Shown piece by piece: positions 36,055-47,896 of a stretch of 60,000 nt of DNA. The stretch comes from Malacoraja senta. Its lineage: Eukaryota. How positions within the stretch are numbered: position 1 is the stretch's first letter; each line of letters starts with the position of its first letter. Below the pieces are notes generated by a model. It did not search any database, was not told the origin of the DNA, and was given only the letters and a program-made list of their open reading frames with translations. Location: contig CM075989.1 of the NCBI GenBank assembly GCA_038087875.1, forward strand, positions 18,540,001 to 18,600,000, in the 5' to 3' direction. Both the position numbers and the translations under genes were made by a program.

Positions 36055-36465
36055 GTTGGTGGTGCGTTGGACGCGGAGGCCGGCGGGGTTGAAAGGTGAG
36101 GACCAGGGGAACTCTATCCTTGTGGCCTCTGGGGGGGGGGGGGGGGGGGGGAGAGAGAGAGGGGGGGAGTGAGAGCAGAACTAGGGGACACAGAGGGGAA
36201 GTGGGTGACGGATCCAGCTGTGATAACCGGGGGGGAAACATCTGGCCCGTCCTGGAATGGAAAGCCTCGTCTTAGGAGCAGATGTGACAGAGGTGGAGGA
36301 ATTGAGAGTAGGGGGCAGGGTGTGGGGAAGTGTAGTCCAGATAACTGTGGGCGTCTTTGTGAGTTTGTAGTAGACGTCAGTGCTTAGTCTATCTCCTGTG
36401 ATGGAGATAGAGAGATTAAGAAAGGCGGAGTGCTGACAGAGATAGTCCAGGTGAATTTGAGGACA
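36055..36465 (-). mobile_element. Penelope-like RT thumb/linker remnant
   Basis: Minus strand AFLNLSISITGDRLSTDVYYK and KDRVPLVLTFQP match the PLE motifs FLD...TD(V/I)Y.KPT and R.PLV.TY.P. Confidence 0.7.
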
Positions 36466-37072
36466 ATTCAGCACTCTGCCCTCAGTGCTGGGAATTTTAG
36501 CCTGAATAACGTTGAGGAACTTGAACACAAATCCGTCTGATTTGGCATATTGGTGTGAGGGACTGGGATTTGGGGGAATGTGTGGTTGGGATATTCAGGG
36601 GAGAGGTCTGTGGATGCGTAAGGTACAGGCCTGACATTTGAAACACAGACACAATAACATGGCTTCACCCCATGTATTTTATTCTCAATTTGTACCAGAA
36701 GATCAAAATAGCAAGAGCTATAAAAGTATGCTTTTGTGCTGATATTCTACAATTTCCCTTTAGTCAGGCCTGGGAGAGTGTATTACTATAACACTTCTGA
36801 CAATCCACGTGTCACTGAATCAGTAAGTTTAACAGATAACAGTTTTAATGTGTCATCTACAGCAATGAAATCCAGTGAAGTGTTAGATTAAAGCCACATT
36901 GTCCCACAATGGGTTTTTTTTCTCAATTAAATTGCGATTAAAAAGCATTCACTTCCCAGTTAGAGACCGTGAATAAATCATCATAAAAAAAACTTTTCAT
37001 TCACTATTTATTTTTGATAATTTGCTCCGTATTAGACCTTTGCCACAGATCATCCCAAACTGCCAATCGGTG

Positions 37073-37620
37073 GGTAGGAAGGAACTGCCGATGCTGGTTT
37101 AAACCGAAGATAGACCCAAAATGCTGGAGTAACTCAGCGGGTCAGGCAGCATCTCGGGAGAGAAGGAATGGGTGACGTTACGGGTCGAGTCTGAAGAAGG
37201 GTCTCGACCCGAAACCTGGATAGAGTGGACATGGAGCGGATGTTTCCACTAGTGGGAGTGTCCAGAACTAGAGGTCACAGCCTCAGAATTGAAGGACGTT
37301 CTTTTAGGAAGGAGATGAGGAGAAATGTCTTTATTCAGAGGGTGGTGAATCTGTGGAATTCTTGGCTGTCGAGGCCATCAATGGATATTGTTAAGGCAGT
37401 GATAGATAGATTCTTGATTAGTACAGGTGTCAGAGGTTATGGGGAGAAGGCATGTGAATGGTGTTAGGAGGGAGAAATAGATCAGCCATGATTGAATGGC
37501 GGAGTAGACTTGATGAGCCAAATGGCCTAATTCTAATTCGTTATGACCTTATGAAACGTCACCTATTCCTTTTCTCCAGAGAAGCTGCATGAAACGCTGA
37601 GTTACTCCAGCTTATCATGT
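37073..37620. mobile_element. Inverted-pair Penelope fragment with a CR1 3' end (37216-37552, plus) inserted in the hammerhead core
   Basis: gaaac duplicated at 37211-37215 and 37553-37557; CR1 tail ttatgacc. Confidence 0.82.
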
Positions 37621-38349
37621 CTCACTTCTGCCAAAGAATGGTTGAGGTAAATCCACTCGTGCTTAGTACAGCAAGGTGTGTGTGTGGGGAGCTCTGAAGA
37701 TTAAAGCAACTCAGTGGAGATAGAAGAAATCAATTTCATGCTGATCTGATTTCGTACAGAACACTCTCTAGATCATTTCACCTGTGCTAAAAACAGAGAT
37801 GGTTATGTTCTCTTCAAAAACTGTATATGGTCTAATCTGAAGAAGCGTCTCAACCCAGAACGTCACCTATACCTTTTCTCCAGAGATGGTGCATGACCCG
37901 CTGAGTTACTCCAGCTATTTGTGTCTATCTACTGTATATGGGCCAGCTATCCCTCCTAGACACTGTTTTTGAAGACAGCTGTTGTCCTGTGACCAGCCCA
38001 AGCAACAAAACACGTTTTTCTTTCAATATATAGAGGAAATGTAAGGAGATGCATAGGCTGGAATCTAGAGGGACTCAGCAGGTCAGGCAGCATCTGTGGA
38101 GGGAATGGACAGGTCCTGACCTAAACATCATCTGTCCATTCGCTCCACAGATAAATGGCACCAAATGCTGGAGTAACTCGGCGGGTCAGGCTAATCTCGA
38201 TAGGACGAGGTCGTCAGGGTGGCACAGCGGCATAGCTTCCTCTGACTGCAGTTGGGGCGGTGTGGAAAAGAGAGGCAGGTGTGGGGCAAAACTTGGCAAG
38301 TGATAGGTGGATACATGAGGAGGGTTTGCTTGGCAGATGGGTGGAGTAA

Positions 38350-38540
38350 AGGGCCTGTCCCACTTGGGTGTCACTTACGCGTCACGCAGGTGGCGAGCGA
38401 AGATTTTGTGAATCCCAAAATCCTGGGGCGCCGCGCGTCACCGCCTACTTCACCACGCACCGTGCACACGTCGTGCGTCGTGACGCGTAAATGATGTCGC
38501 GTAAATGACACGCAAATGACGCCCAAGTGGGACAGGCCCT
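38350..38540. mobile_element. PIF/Harbinger-type MITE (191 bp)
   Basis: TIR agggcctgtcccacttggg (19 bp perfect, ~35 bp imperfect); TAA TSD at 38347-38349 and 38541-38543. Confidence 0.9.
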
Positions 38541-39515
38541 TAAGTGACAAAGGCAAGAGGTGAAAAGGAGACAAAAGCGTGTCAGACAAGGAGAGAAGAG
38601 GAGGAGTGGAATGTACTGTCTGCCCATTCCCTCCAAAGATATTTCAGAGTTGGAGAAGTCGGTCAAACATGGAGACGACGGGACAAAGTGTCAAAGTTGG
38701 AGCCGGACCTCATGATAGCAAATGTTAGGAAATATTTCTACTTGCAGAGTTTGGTAGAAGTTTGAGAATAACGTTTTGAGGTTATTAGATTTTTGTCAAG
38801 CTAAGGTATTATGAGATTTGAGGAACATGACTGGTATCAGATTACAAATCAATAACGATTTCTTTGACTGACGGAACAAACTCGAGGAGTTGGCAGTCTT
38901 GCATTCCTCCTTGCAAGAAGCTCCTGCAATGAGAGGTGCAACGGTGCTGTCCAGAGACGTGCCGATCATTTAATTTGCAGTACGCAGGACTGTGCACTTT
39001 GTCACTATTCCCTGTGTAATCTGCCCATGCGTTTCAACGTTAACAAGTTTAATGGCAGGAACATTGGAATATAAAATCATGAGGCGAATAGGTGGGATGA
39101 ATGCACAGTCTTTTACTCAGGACCAGGGAGTCCAAAACAAAGGGGCATTTGTTTAAGGTTAGAGGGGCAAGATTTAGTGCAAATCTGAGGAGCAACTTAT
39201 TCACTCAGATGGTGGTGGGTATATAGAACAAGCTGCCAGAGAAGGAAGTTGAGACAGGTACTGTAACAGCATTAAAATACATTTGGACAGGTACAGGGAT
39301 AGGAAAGGTTTAGACGGATATAGGCTAAATTCAGACAAGTGGGACTAGCTTAGACGCGGCATTTTAGTTGGGCCTGTTTCCACTTCTATAGCTTCCCCTG
39401 GCAGCTCATTCCACATACGGACTATCCTCTGAAAATGTTGCCCCTGAGGTCCCTCTTAAATTCTCCCCTCTTACCTTACACCTATGCCTTCTAGTATCAG
39501 ATGTGAAGCAAAGTT

Positions 39516-39654
39516 CAAGAAGGAACAGCAGATGCTGGAAAATCAAAGGTAGACAAAAGTGCTGGAGAAACTTAGCGGGAGTGGCAGCATCTATGGAGCG
39601 AAGGAAATAGGCAACGTTTTTCAGGCCGAAACCCTTCTTCAGACTGATGCAGGG
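39516..39654 (-). mobile_element. Penelope pseudo-LTR insertion with 20-bp TSD
   Basis: atcagatgtgaagcaaagtt at 39496-39515 and 39668-39687, plus an extra partial copy at 39655-39668. Confidence 0.8.
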
Positions 39655-40160
39655 TCAGATGTGAAGCATCAGATGTGAAGCAAAGTTTGTTTTGGTTGAT
39701 AGATACAGCATAGAAACAGGCCTCTTCGGCCCAGCGAGTCCACACCGAACATCGATCATCCGTTCAGATTAATTCTATGTTATCTGACGTTCATATCCAC
39801 TCCCGACACACTAGGAGTAATTTACAAAACCCAGTTAACCAAAAGATACAAAGATGAATGGGAAAGTACATTTAGGGATTGAGAACAAAAGGAGGTGACA
39901 AAGTGATACGTACTAGTTCAATGTGTGGGCAAAGTTCGGATAAGTGGGGGGAAAACGGGAAATAGTCCATTTTTAGCATGAAAAACAAATGGAAAGAAAC
40001 ATACTATGGAAATGGTGAGAGAATGCACTGGTGTGTGATGCAGAGCATCCTGGTTATCCTGGCCCTTCATTCACAAAATAAAATCAATGGTTATACCTCA
40101 TATTTTGCTTGGGCAGCGTACAACCCAGCGGTATGAATATCGAGTAGGAAGGAACTCCTA

Positions 40161-40297
40161 CTTCTTCTTCTTGCGTGTGGCATGCACAGCCTAAAGTTGT
40201 AGGTCAACTTGTTCTATTTGACCTTGTTTGTGCACGTCCGGTTGATTGCATTAGTCGAAGCAGGATGGACCACGTGAAGGTTCCAATCTCCCACCCC
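40161..40297 (-). mobile_element. 137-bp ribozyme-headed SINE-like retroposon with (GAA)n tail
   Basis: 11-bp TSD aggaaggaact at 40146-40156 and 40298-40308; tail gcaagaagaagaag; no tRNA A/B boxes seen. Confidence 0.85.
40244..40297 (-). ncRNA. Predicted minimal HDV-like self-cleaving ribozyme (54 nt)
   Basis: P1 GGGGUGG/CCAUCCU (G1-U wobble), P2 GAUUGGA/UGCAAUC, P3 ACC/GGU, L3 UUCACGU, UUCG mini-P4, J4/2 CUAA. Confidence 0.82.
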
Positions 40298-41000
40298 AGG
40301 AAGGAACTGCAGATGCTGGTTTACGAAGATAAGACACAAAAAGTTTGACTAACTCAGCGGGTCAGGCAGCATCTCTGGAGAGAAGGAATGGGTGACGTTT
40401 CGGGTCGAGACCCTTCTTCAGACTGAGAGGAAGGGGAAAGGGGAACGAGAGAGATATAGACGGTGATGTAGAGAGACATAGAACAAAGGAATGAAAGATA
40501 TGCAAAAAAGTAACGATGATAAAGGAAACAGACCATTGTTAGCTGATTGCTAGGTGAGAACGAGAAGCTGGTGCGACTTGTGTGGGAGAGGGATGGAGAG
40601 AGAGGGAACACAGCAGTTACTTGATGTTAGAGAAATCAGTATTCCTACCACTGAGTTGTAATATTAATTTCTCCAACTTCAAGTAACCTTTGCTTTCCCT
40701 CTCTCTTCATCCCTCCCCATCCCAGTTCTCCGACTAGTTCTACTGTACTCTTGATTAAATATTACCATAGTGCCGCATAGTCACCTTCCCCTCAGCTAAC
40801 AATGAACCATTCTACATTTCATTACCATCTGCTCCGATCTGTCATTTTCCCACCTTGCCCTTCATATCTCTAGATTCAGTCTCCCCTGACTCTCAGTCTG
40901 AAAATGGGTCTCAACACGAAACATCACCCATTCCTTCTCTGCAGAGATGCTGCCTGTCCCGCTGTGTAAAGCAGCATCTGCGGTTCCTTCCTACCCATCA
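40298..41000. mobile_element. Two Penelope 3' fragments in inverted arrangement (minus 40298-40660, plus 40661-40995; upstream piece at 40095-40141)
   Basis: Homology to 33170-33476 and 17520-18164; intact hammerhead core on the minus strand at 40394-40421. Confidence 0.8.
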
Positions 41001-41202
41001 ATGGTCCTACCATTGGGTTGTCGACACCCCCGATGGAACATGAAATGGAGAAACAAGGAACTGCAAATACAGGAATCTTGAGCAGAGAAGAAATTGCTGG
41101 AGGAACTCAGCAGGTCAGGTAGTGTCTTTGGAGAGGCACATCGGGAGCATCGGATGCAGTTGCGAGAAAGGCATTATTTTGTAACTGGATGTTATCGTCC
41201 TT

Positions 41203-41605
41203 GGAAGGATGAGAGGAGATCCTATAGAAACATATAACATTCTTAATGGATTGGACAGGCTAGATGCAGGAAAAATGTTCCCGATGTTGGAGTCCAGAAC
41301 CAAGGGCCACAGTGTAAGAATAAGGGGTGGGCCATTTGGGACTGAGATGAGGAAAAACTTTTTCATCCAAAGAGTTGCGAATCTGTGGAATTCTCCGCCA
41401 CAGAAGGCAGTGGAGGCCAATTCACTGGATGTTTTCAAGTGAGAGTTAGATACAGCTCTTAGGGTTAACAGAATCAAGGGATATGGGGAGAAGGCAGGAA
41501 CGGGGTATTGATTTAGGATGATCAGCCATGATCATATTGAATGGCGGTGCTGGCTCGAAGGGCCGAATAGCCTACTCCTGCACCTATTTTCTATGTTTCT
41601 ATGTT
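41203..41605 (+). mobile_element. CR1 3' fragment
   Basis: MRGDPIETYNIL...FFIQRVANLWNS; tail ttctatgt. Confidence 0.9.
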
Positions 41606-42125
41606 GTTTGAAAAGAAAGCATGTCAGAGTCTCAATAGAGGTGGATGTAAAATCACTGCAATCCATTAAGTCTAATGCGGCTCACACAGGTTCTGAGCTT
41701 GGTTTGATAGTTTCATTACACTGCATTGCAAGATAAAACTACCTGACAGATGACTCCTGAGCATTCACACAGTCAGACAGGTGGAAAAACTATGGACAAT
41801 TTTCAATCTGTTATAGGTTGCTTGAGCTCCCATAACTTTTGAATTATTAACCTTGTAGCTAGAAAAGTTACACAGGATATGAATTACCAAAGAGCCCAGA
41901 ATTTATGAATGAAGTTCAGTGATGCATAGCAAAGCTCGTCCAGGACTGAGGGCAATTTGCTACCACTCCAGTGTTGAGGAATAGAAGATGCTTACACATC
42001 GTTTTATTTAATGTGGGAAAGTGTTGCACATCACTTAGCACACAGACCTGACAGAATGAGGTCTTTGTCCACTCGTGCTAAGGTCCAGGACAATTAGAGA
42101 ACAAGCCGTTCAGCACAGACTTGGT

Positions 42126-42171
42126 ACACACACACACGCACGCACGCACGCACACACGCACACACACACAC
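42126..42171. repeat. (CA)n/(CACG)n microsatellite
   Basis: Directly visible. Confidence 0.95.
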
Positions 42172-42251
42172 ATGTGGTTATGTGTACTGAGCAATCACAG
42201 ATGCAACTGTGTGAGACTGTAGACACACAGTCTCATGTGTACAAACTTGTG

Positions 42252-43181
42252 TACACACTCACCTTCTCTCTCCCTCTCACACACACTCACACCAACACAC
42301 CTTCTCTCTCACTCTCTCTCTCACACACACTCACACCAACACACCTTCTCTCTCACTCTCTCTCTCTCACACACTCACACCAACACACCTTCTCTCTCAC
42401 TCTCTCTCACACACTCACACCAACACACCTTCTCTCTCACTCTCTCACACACACACACCAACACACCTTCTCTCTCACTCTCTCTCTCACACACACTCAC
42501 ACCAACACACCTTCTCTCTCACTCTCTCACACACACACACACACCAACACACCTTCTCTCTCTCTCTCTCACACACACACACCAACACACCTTCTCTCTC
42601 ACTCTCTCTCTCACACACACTCACACCAACACACCTTCTCTCTCACTCTCTCACACACACACACACACACCAACACACCTTCTCTCTCACTCTCTCTCTC
42701 ACACACACTCACACCAACACACCTTCTCTCTCACTCTCTCTCTCACACACACTCACACCAACACACCTTCTCTCTCACACTCTCTCTCACACACACTCAC
42801 ACCAACACACCTTCTCTCTCACTCTCTCTCACACACACTCACACCAACACACCTTCTCTCTCACTCTCTCACACACACACACAACACACCTTCTCTCTCA
42901 CTCTCTCTCTCACACACACACACACCAACACACCTTCTCTCTCACTCTCTCACACACACACACACCAACACACCTTCTCTCTCACTCTCTCTCTCACACA
43001 CACACACACCAACACACCTTCTCTCTCACTCTCTCTCTCACACACACTCACACCAACACACCTTCTCTCTCACTCTCTCACACACACACACACCAACACA
43101 CCTTCTCTCTCACTCTCTCACACACACACACACACCAACACACCTTCTCTCTCACTCTCTCTCTCACACACACACACACAC
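42252..43181. repeat. Compound minisatellite, ~38-44-bp unit accaacacaccttctctctcact(ct)n(ca)n
   Basis: More than 20 units; no G on the plus strand across the array. Confidence 0.95.
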
Positions 43182-43814
43182 GCGCTAGCACTTGCTCATG
43201 CACACACCCAGACACACACATACACACTCTCTTCGTCTTTGGCCACCCTCCTTCTGTATCCCTACCCTCGTCTCTCACCCCTTGTGCCCTGTGATCTAGT
43301 GCTTGCCCAGACAGTGTATCGCAGCGAGTCCCGTGAGAGAGACTGCAGAAAGCTCTTGGAGAAGCATTCGGGCTCTGCACACGCCTTGTGTATGAATCTG
43401 AACGTCTGCAACGTTCTGCATCTGGGCTAAGAGTTAATGAACACGTTACACTAAGAACCTTGCATTATCCCCAGAGTGTATTTACTAATTACGTTATTTT
43501 CCTTCTGCTGTGAAGATATCTGCAAGAGCACTTTGGGAAGACGATTTTATGTTGCATTTCAATCATCTCCACAAGCAATGGTGAAACTCTTTACTTTGGT
43601 GTGTTTGTGATTGATGGGAATTTTGTGGGTGAATTCCTCTCCCACCCCATCCCCCCTCTTTAATTGCAACCCTTTTGTATTTTTTTTAATGTTCTTTTTT
43701 TTTCTATTTGTAACAAAGGCTTCTGCAATCGTCTTGCATTGAATCTTGTACATCATTAAACGAGAAACATTATTTGTAGGAACAGTTAATACAGACATTG
43801 TGTTTATAAGATAA

Positions 43815-44052
43815 TGAGGTCATAAGTGATAGGAGTAGAATTGGGCCATTCGGCCCTTCAAGTCTACTCCGCCTTTCAATCATGGTTGATTATCTCTCCC
43901 TTCTAACCCCATTCTCCTGCCTTTTCCCCATAACCTCTGACACCCATACTAATCAAAAATCTATCCTTCTCCACCTTAAAAAATATCCACTGACTTGGCC
44001 TCCACAGCCTTCTGTGGCAAAGAATTCCACAGATTCACCGCCCTCTGACTAA
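43815..44052 (-). mobile_element. CR1 3' end
   Basis: Reverse complement of the type at 37330-37552 and 53660-53900. Confidence 0.85.
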
Positions 44053-45578
44053 AGACTAAACTTGTTCTTTAAAATATTCCCTTGATCCCCAGCCATGGAA
44101 TCAATATTGATCCTTAAATGATATGTGTGTGATGTGACCCAGCTAATCCAACCCTCAGCCCCTGAGAGTCACTGAGATGACAGGAGATTATGTCACTGCT
44201 GCTGAATGGTCAATTATAAATATTAAATGTGTCAAAATAAAATTACAAAGGAACATTGTAGATGTACATATTTATAGACAAGACATGCAGAGCCCAAGTG
44301 AAGTTTGATTAGAATCATACTGCCTGGAAATAGGCCCTTCAGCCCATCTTGCCCACGCCAACCAACTTGTCCCATCTACCCTAGTCCCACCTGCCTGGAT
44401 TTGGCCCATATCCCTCTAAATGTACCCATGTACCTGTCCAAATGTCTCTTAAACATTATGATAGTTACCTGCCTCAACTACCTCCTTCAGCAGCTCATTC
44501 CATAAACTTACCACCCTTTATGTAAAAAAAAAATTTACCCTCAGTACCTATTAAATCTCTCCGGCCTCACCTTAAACCTGTGTTCTCTGGGTTAATGCAG
44601 AGTCTTTTGCCCAATCTATTCCTCTCGTGATCTTGTACATCTCTATAAGATCATCCCTCACCCTTCTGTGCTCCAAGGAGTAAAGTCCTAGCCTGGAATG
44701 GAATGTCAACTTGAAACTATATACTATCGATGTTCTTTGGCGATCACTTGTCCACTGATGGTTGGAGCATCCTACTGGCCAGCCTCGTCTCCACCACTGG
44801 TGAAAATCTTCTTGTCCCATAGTCAAGGGATTGAACATGTTAAGCTTCAGGACATCTCAGGATCTTTCCAGGCTTGCACTGCACACCCTGCCTACAAGGC
44901 AGAATTTTGGTCACGAAAAAGCTTGTTGACTCCAGAGTCTCCTCAAGTGAGGGACACACCAACGAACGTTCGTCAGACACACTGGGAGAACTGCAATATT
45001 AACAGAAACATCTTCTTAAACTTTTTTTGAAAGTTTCTGCTTTTGGAACTATTAACGATCCAATACACCATAAGAACTATCACAATTCCTGTCCAATATA
45101 CGCAGTCAAGTGAATTTTAAACCAAACATAAATCTAACTGGATAACAAAATAAATTGGTGCTAATTTGGAACGAGGTAAAAAATAAACTGTGCGTCTGGA
45201 GTTTGCTCTTCCTCTCCAGTCAGTGGGGCATCAATGGGGCATCAAGTGGCAAACTACAGCTCACCTTGTCACCATTCTCCAGGGCATCTGACAAAGTTAC
45301 AAGCATAGGAAGCAGGCAGCTTCAAGGATGTCATCTCTGGAGAAAAGGAATAGGTGACATTTCAGATCTGGAGTCGAAGGAAGAAGGGCCTCGACCCAAA
45401 ACGTCACCTATTCCATTTTCCCCAGAGATGGTGGCGCCCGTCCCGCTCAGTTACTCCAGCTTTTTGAGTCTATCTTCAATTTAAACTAGCACCTGCAGTT
45501 CCTTCCTACAGCTTCAAGGATATCCCAGCCTTAAACAACTGAGCAAAATACAAAGTGCTGGAGGGACTGACTGTTGAC

Positions 45579-45850
45579 GGGCGGCATGGCGGAGCAGCGG
45601 TAGAGTTGCTGCCTTACACCCGCCAGAGACCTGGGTTTGATCCTGACTGTGGGTGCTGTCTGTAGGGAGTTTGTACGTTCTCTCTGTGACCGTGTGTTCC
45701 GCTTTTCTCCCACACTACGAAGACATAAAAGGTTTGCAAGTTAATTGGCTTTGGTAAAGATTGTACGTTGTTTTTAGTGTGTAGGATGGTGCTAGTGTAC
45801 GGGGATTGCTGGTCCGTGTGGACTCGGTGGACCGAAGGGCCTGTTTCACA
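45579..45850 (+). mobile_element. V-SINE with internal deletion
   Basis: Head ggcggcatggcggagcagcggtagagttgctgcc, tail gaagggcctgtttc. Confidence 0.8.
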
Positions 45851-46614
45851 TATGGACAACCCTCAGAGAACATGTTGCTCCTGAGGTCCCTCATAAATCT
45901 CTCCCCTCCAATATCAAGCCTATGATACGTAGAATGCCCTACCCTTGGACAAAGACTGTTCACTTTATCCGTGCCCCTCGTGATGTTATACAATTCAATG
46001 TCATCCCTCAGCCTCCTGCACTCCAAAGAAAAAAAAGTCCCAGCCTGTCCAACCTCTCCCCATAACTCAAGCCCACAAGCCCAGGTAGCAACCTGGTGAA
46101 TTTCTTCTGCACCTTTTCCAATTTAATGACATCCTTTCTGTAGCTGGGTGGTCAGGACTGCACTCAGTATTCCAACTTGGCTTCACCAGCAGCTTGTACA
46201 TCTGCATCGTGATGTGCCAAATTCCAAAGGAAGGAAGTGCTACAGAGGTACAAGTATTTACAGGGTTTTAAGTAACATCCAGAGAAGAATGGTCATGAGA
46301 TTGATCTATTTGAGGACTCCTGGCACTTTTTCTCGAAAGTATTGGCCTTCTCAAAAGAAGTACCGGACGACTTTATCCCTGACAATTACCCTTTTCTTTC
46401 CATTTCCCACATCTCTAATCTTGCTTTCCACAAACACGCCACATCAATTTAGACTGAGCAGCAATAATAACAAGAACTACTTGCACCATAGAGTGGAAAA
46501 CTAATGAACTGATGTTAATCATTTGGGAGCTGGGAAACAAAATGCAATCACTGGTTCAAATTAAATTCAACGGTCTGCACAAGATTTGATTCTGTCACTC
46601 AGAGAAAGGGATTG

Positions 46615-47089
46615 ATTTAGTTTAGTTTAGAGATACAGTGCGGAAACAGGCCCTTCGGCCCACCGGGTCCAGCGATCCCCGTACACTAACACTAACACCA
46701 TCCTGCACACACTCGGGACAATTTGCAATTGTTCCGAAGCCAATTAACCGGGTAACCTGTACTTTTTAGGAGTGTGGGAGGAAACCGGACTCCTGGAGAA
46801 AACCCACGCGGTCACGGGGAGAACGTGCCAATTAACCGGGTAACCTGTACTTTTTAGGAGTGTGGGAGGAAACCGGACTCCTGGAGAAAACCCACGCGGT
46901 CACGGGGAGAACGTGCCAATTAACCGGGTAACCTGTACTTTTTAGGAGTGTGGGAGGAAACCGGACTCCTGGAGAAAACCCACGCGGTCACGGGGAGAAC
47001 GTGCAAACTCTGTACAGACAGCACCTGTAGTCAGGATCGAGCCCGGGTCTCTGGCGCTGCAAGGCAGCAACTCCACCGCTGCGCCACCA
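46615..47089 (-). mobile_element. V-SINE with internal perfect 88-bp triplication (46739-47002)
   Basis: Units start at 46739, 46827 and 46915. Confidence 0.88.
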
Positions 47090-47711
47090 TTCAGCATGAA
47101 CTATGGGACTGAGAATTTAACAACCCTTCTGGTATTTAATTTTTTTTTTCTCTCTGGCAAAATGTCCTTTTACCGCTGATCTTGCAACAAACTCACGGAC
47201 TCCAGCACTTAGTTCATCTGATGCAAAGTGGCTCCGTGTCTTCAGGCATGACGACTACTTGTCAGTCTGTGCTAACACGGCTCTTTATAGAAAACATCCA
47301 GTGGAGCGTTGAGCTTACGCCAGGATCGCGGGCATCACAGTGCTCCTATCCGTGGCAACCTATAACATTGGAGCTGTGACCAGGGCAAACAGGCCACTTT
47401 ATTTAAGATGAAAAAAACCGCACAAGGCCATTATATCTAATGCAGTGCAAGCAGTGTGTTGATATTGGAGTGGGTTTTGTCTTGTCGATAGCGATGCATT
47501 ATAAAACATTTATCACTTTATGGACCATCGCTTCTCAGCCTTCTCGCAGTGTACACCATGAAAATAACCCTCTTGGCAAGAGCTGGGTTTCAGAACCAGG
47601 GGACGGGTCTGGAGGGAAATGTTTGTGTGAAGTGTTTCTGAATATCGCTCGGCTGTGCAGACTGCCTTTGATTGTTTTGTAGCACAAAAGGCACAAGAAT
47701 GAAAGTAGGTC

Positions 47712-47896
47712 GACAAAAATGCCGGAGAAACTCAGCGGGTGAGGCAGCATCTATGGAGCGAAGGAAATAGGTGACGTTTCGGGTCCAGACCCTTCTTCAG
47801 CCTTCCTTCGCTCCATAGATGCTGCCTCACCCGCTGAGTTTCTCCAGCATTTTTGTCTACCTTCGATTTTCCAGCATCTGCAGTTCCTTCTTAAAC
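47712..47896. mobile_element. Inverted-pair Penelope insertion; intact hammerhead core on minus 47773-47800
   Basis: TSD aatgaaagtaggtc at 47698-47711 and 47897-47910. Confidence 0.82.

Noticed and set aside
42075..43430. 451-aa and 317-aa His/Thr/Leu/Ser-rich ORFs
   Set aside because: Translation of a G-free minisatellite that lacks stop codons; not a gene.
46739..47002. CRISPR-like regular repeat
   Set aside because: Contiguous identical units with no spacers, SINE-derived, in a eukaryotic context.
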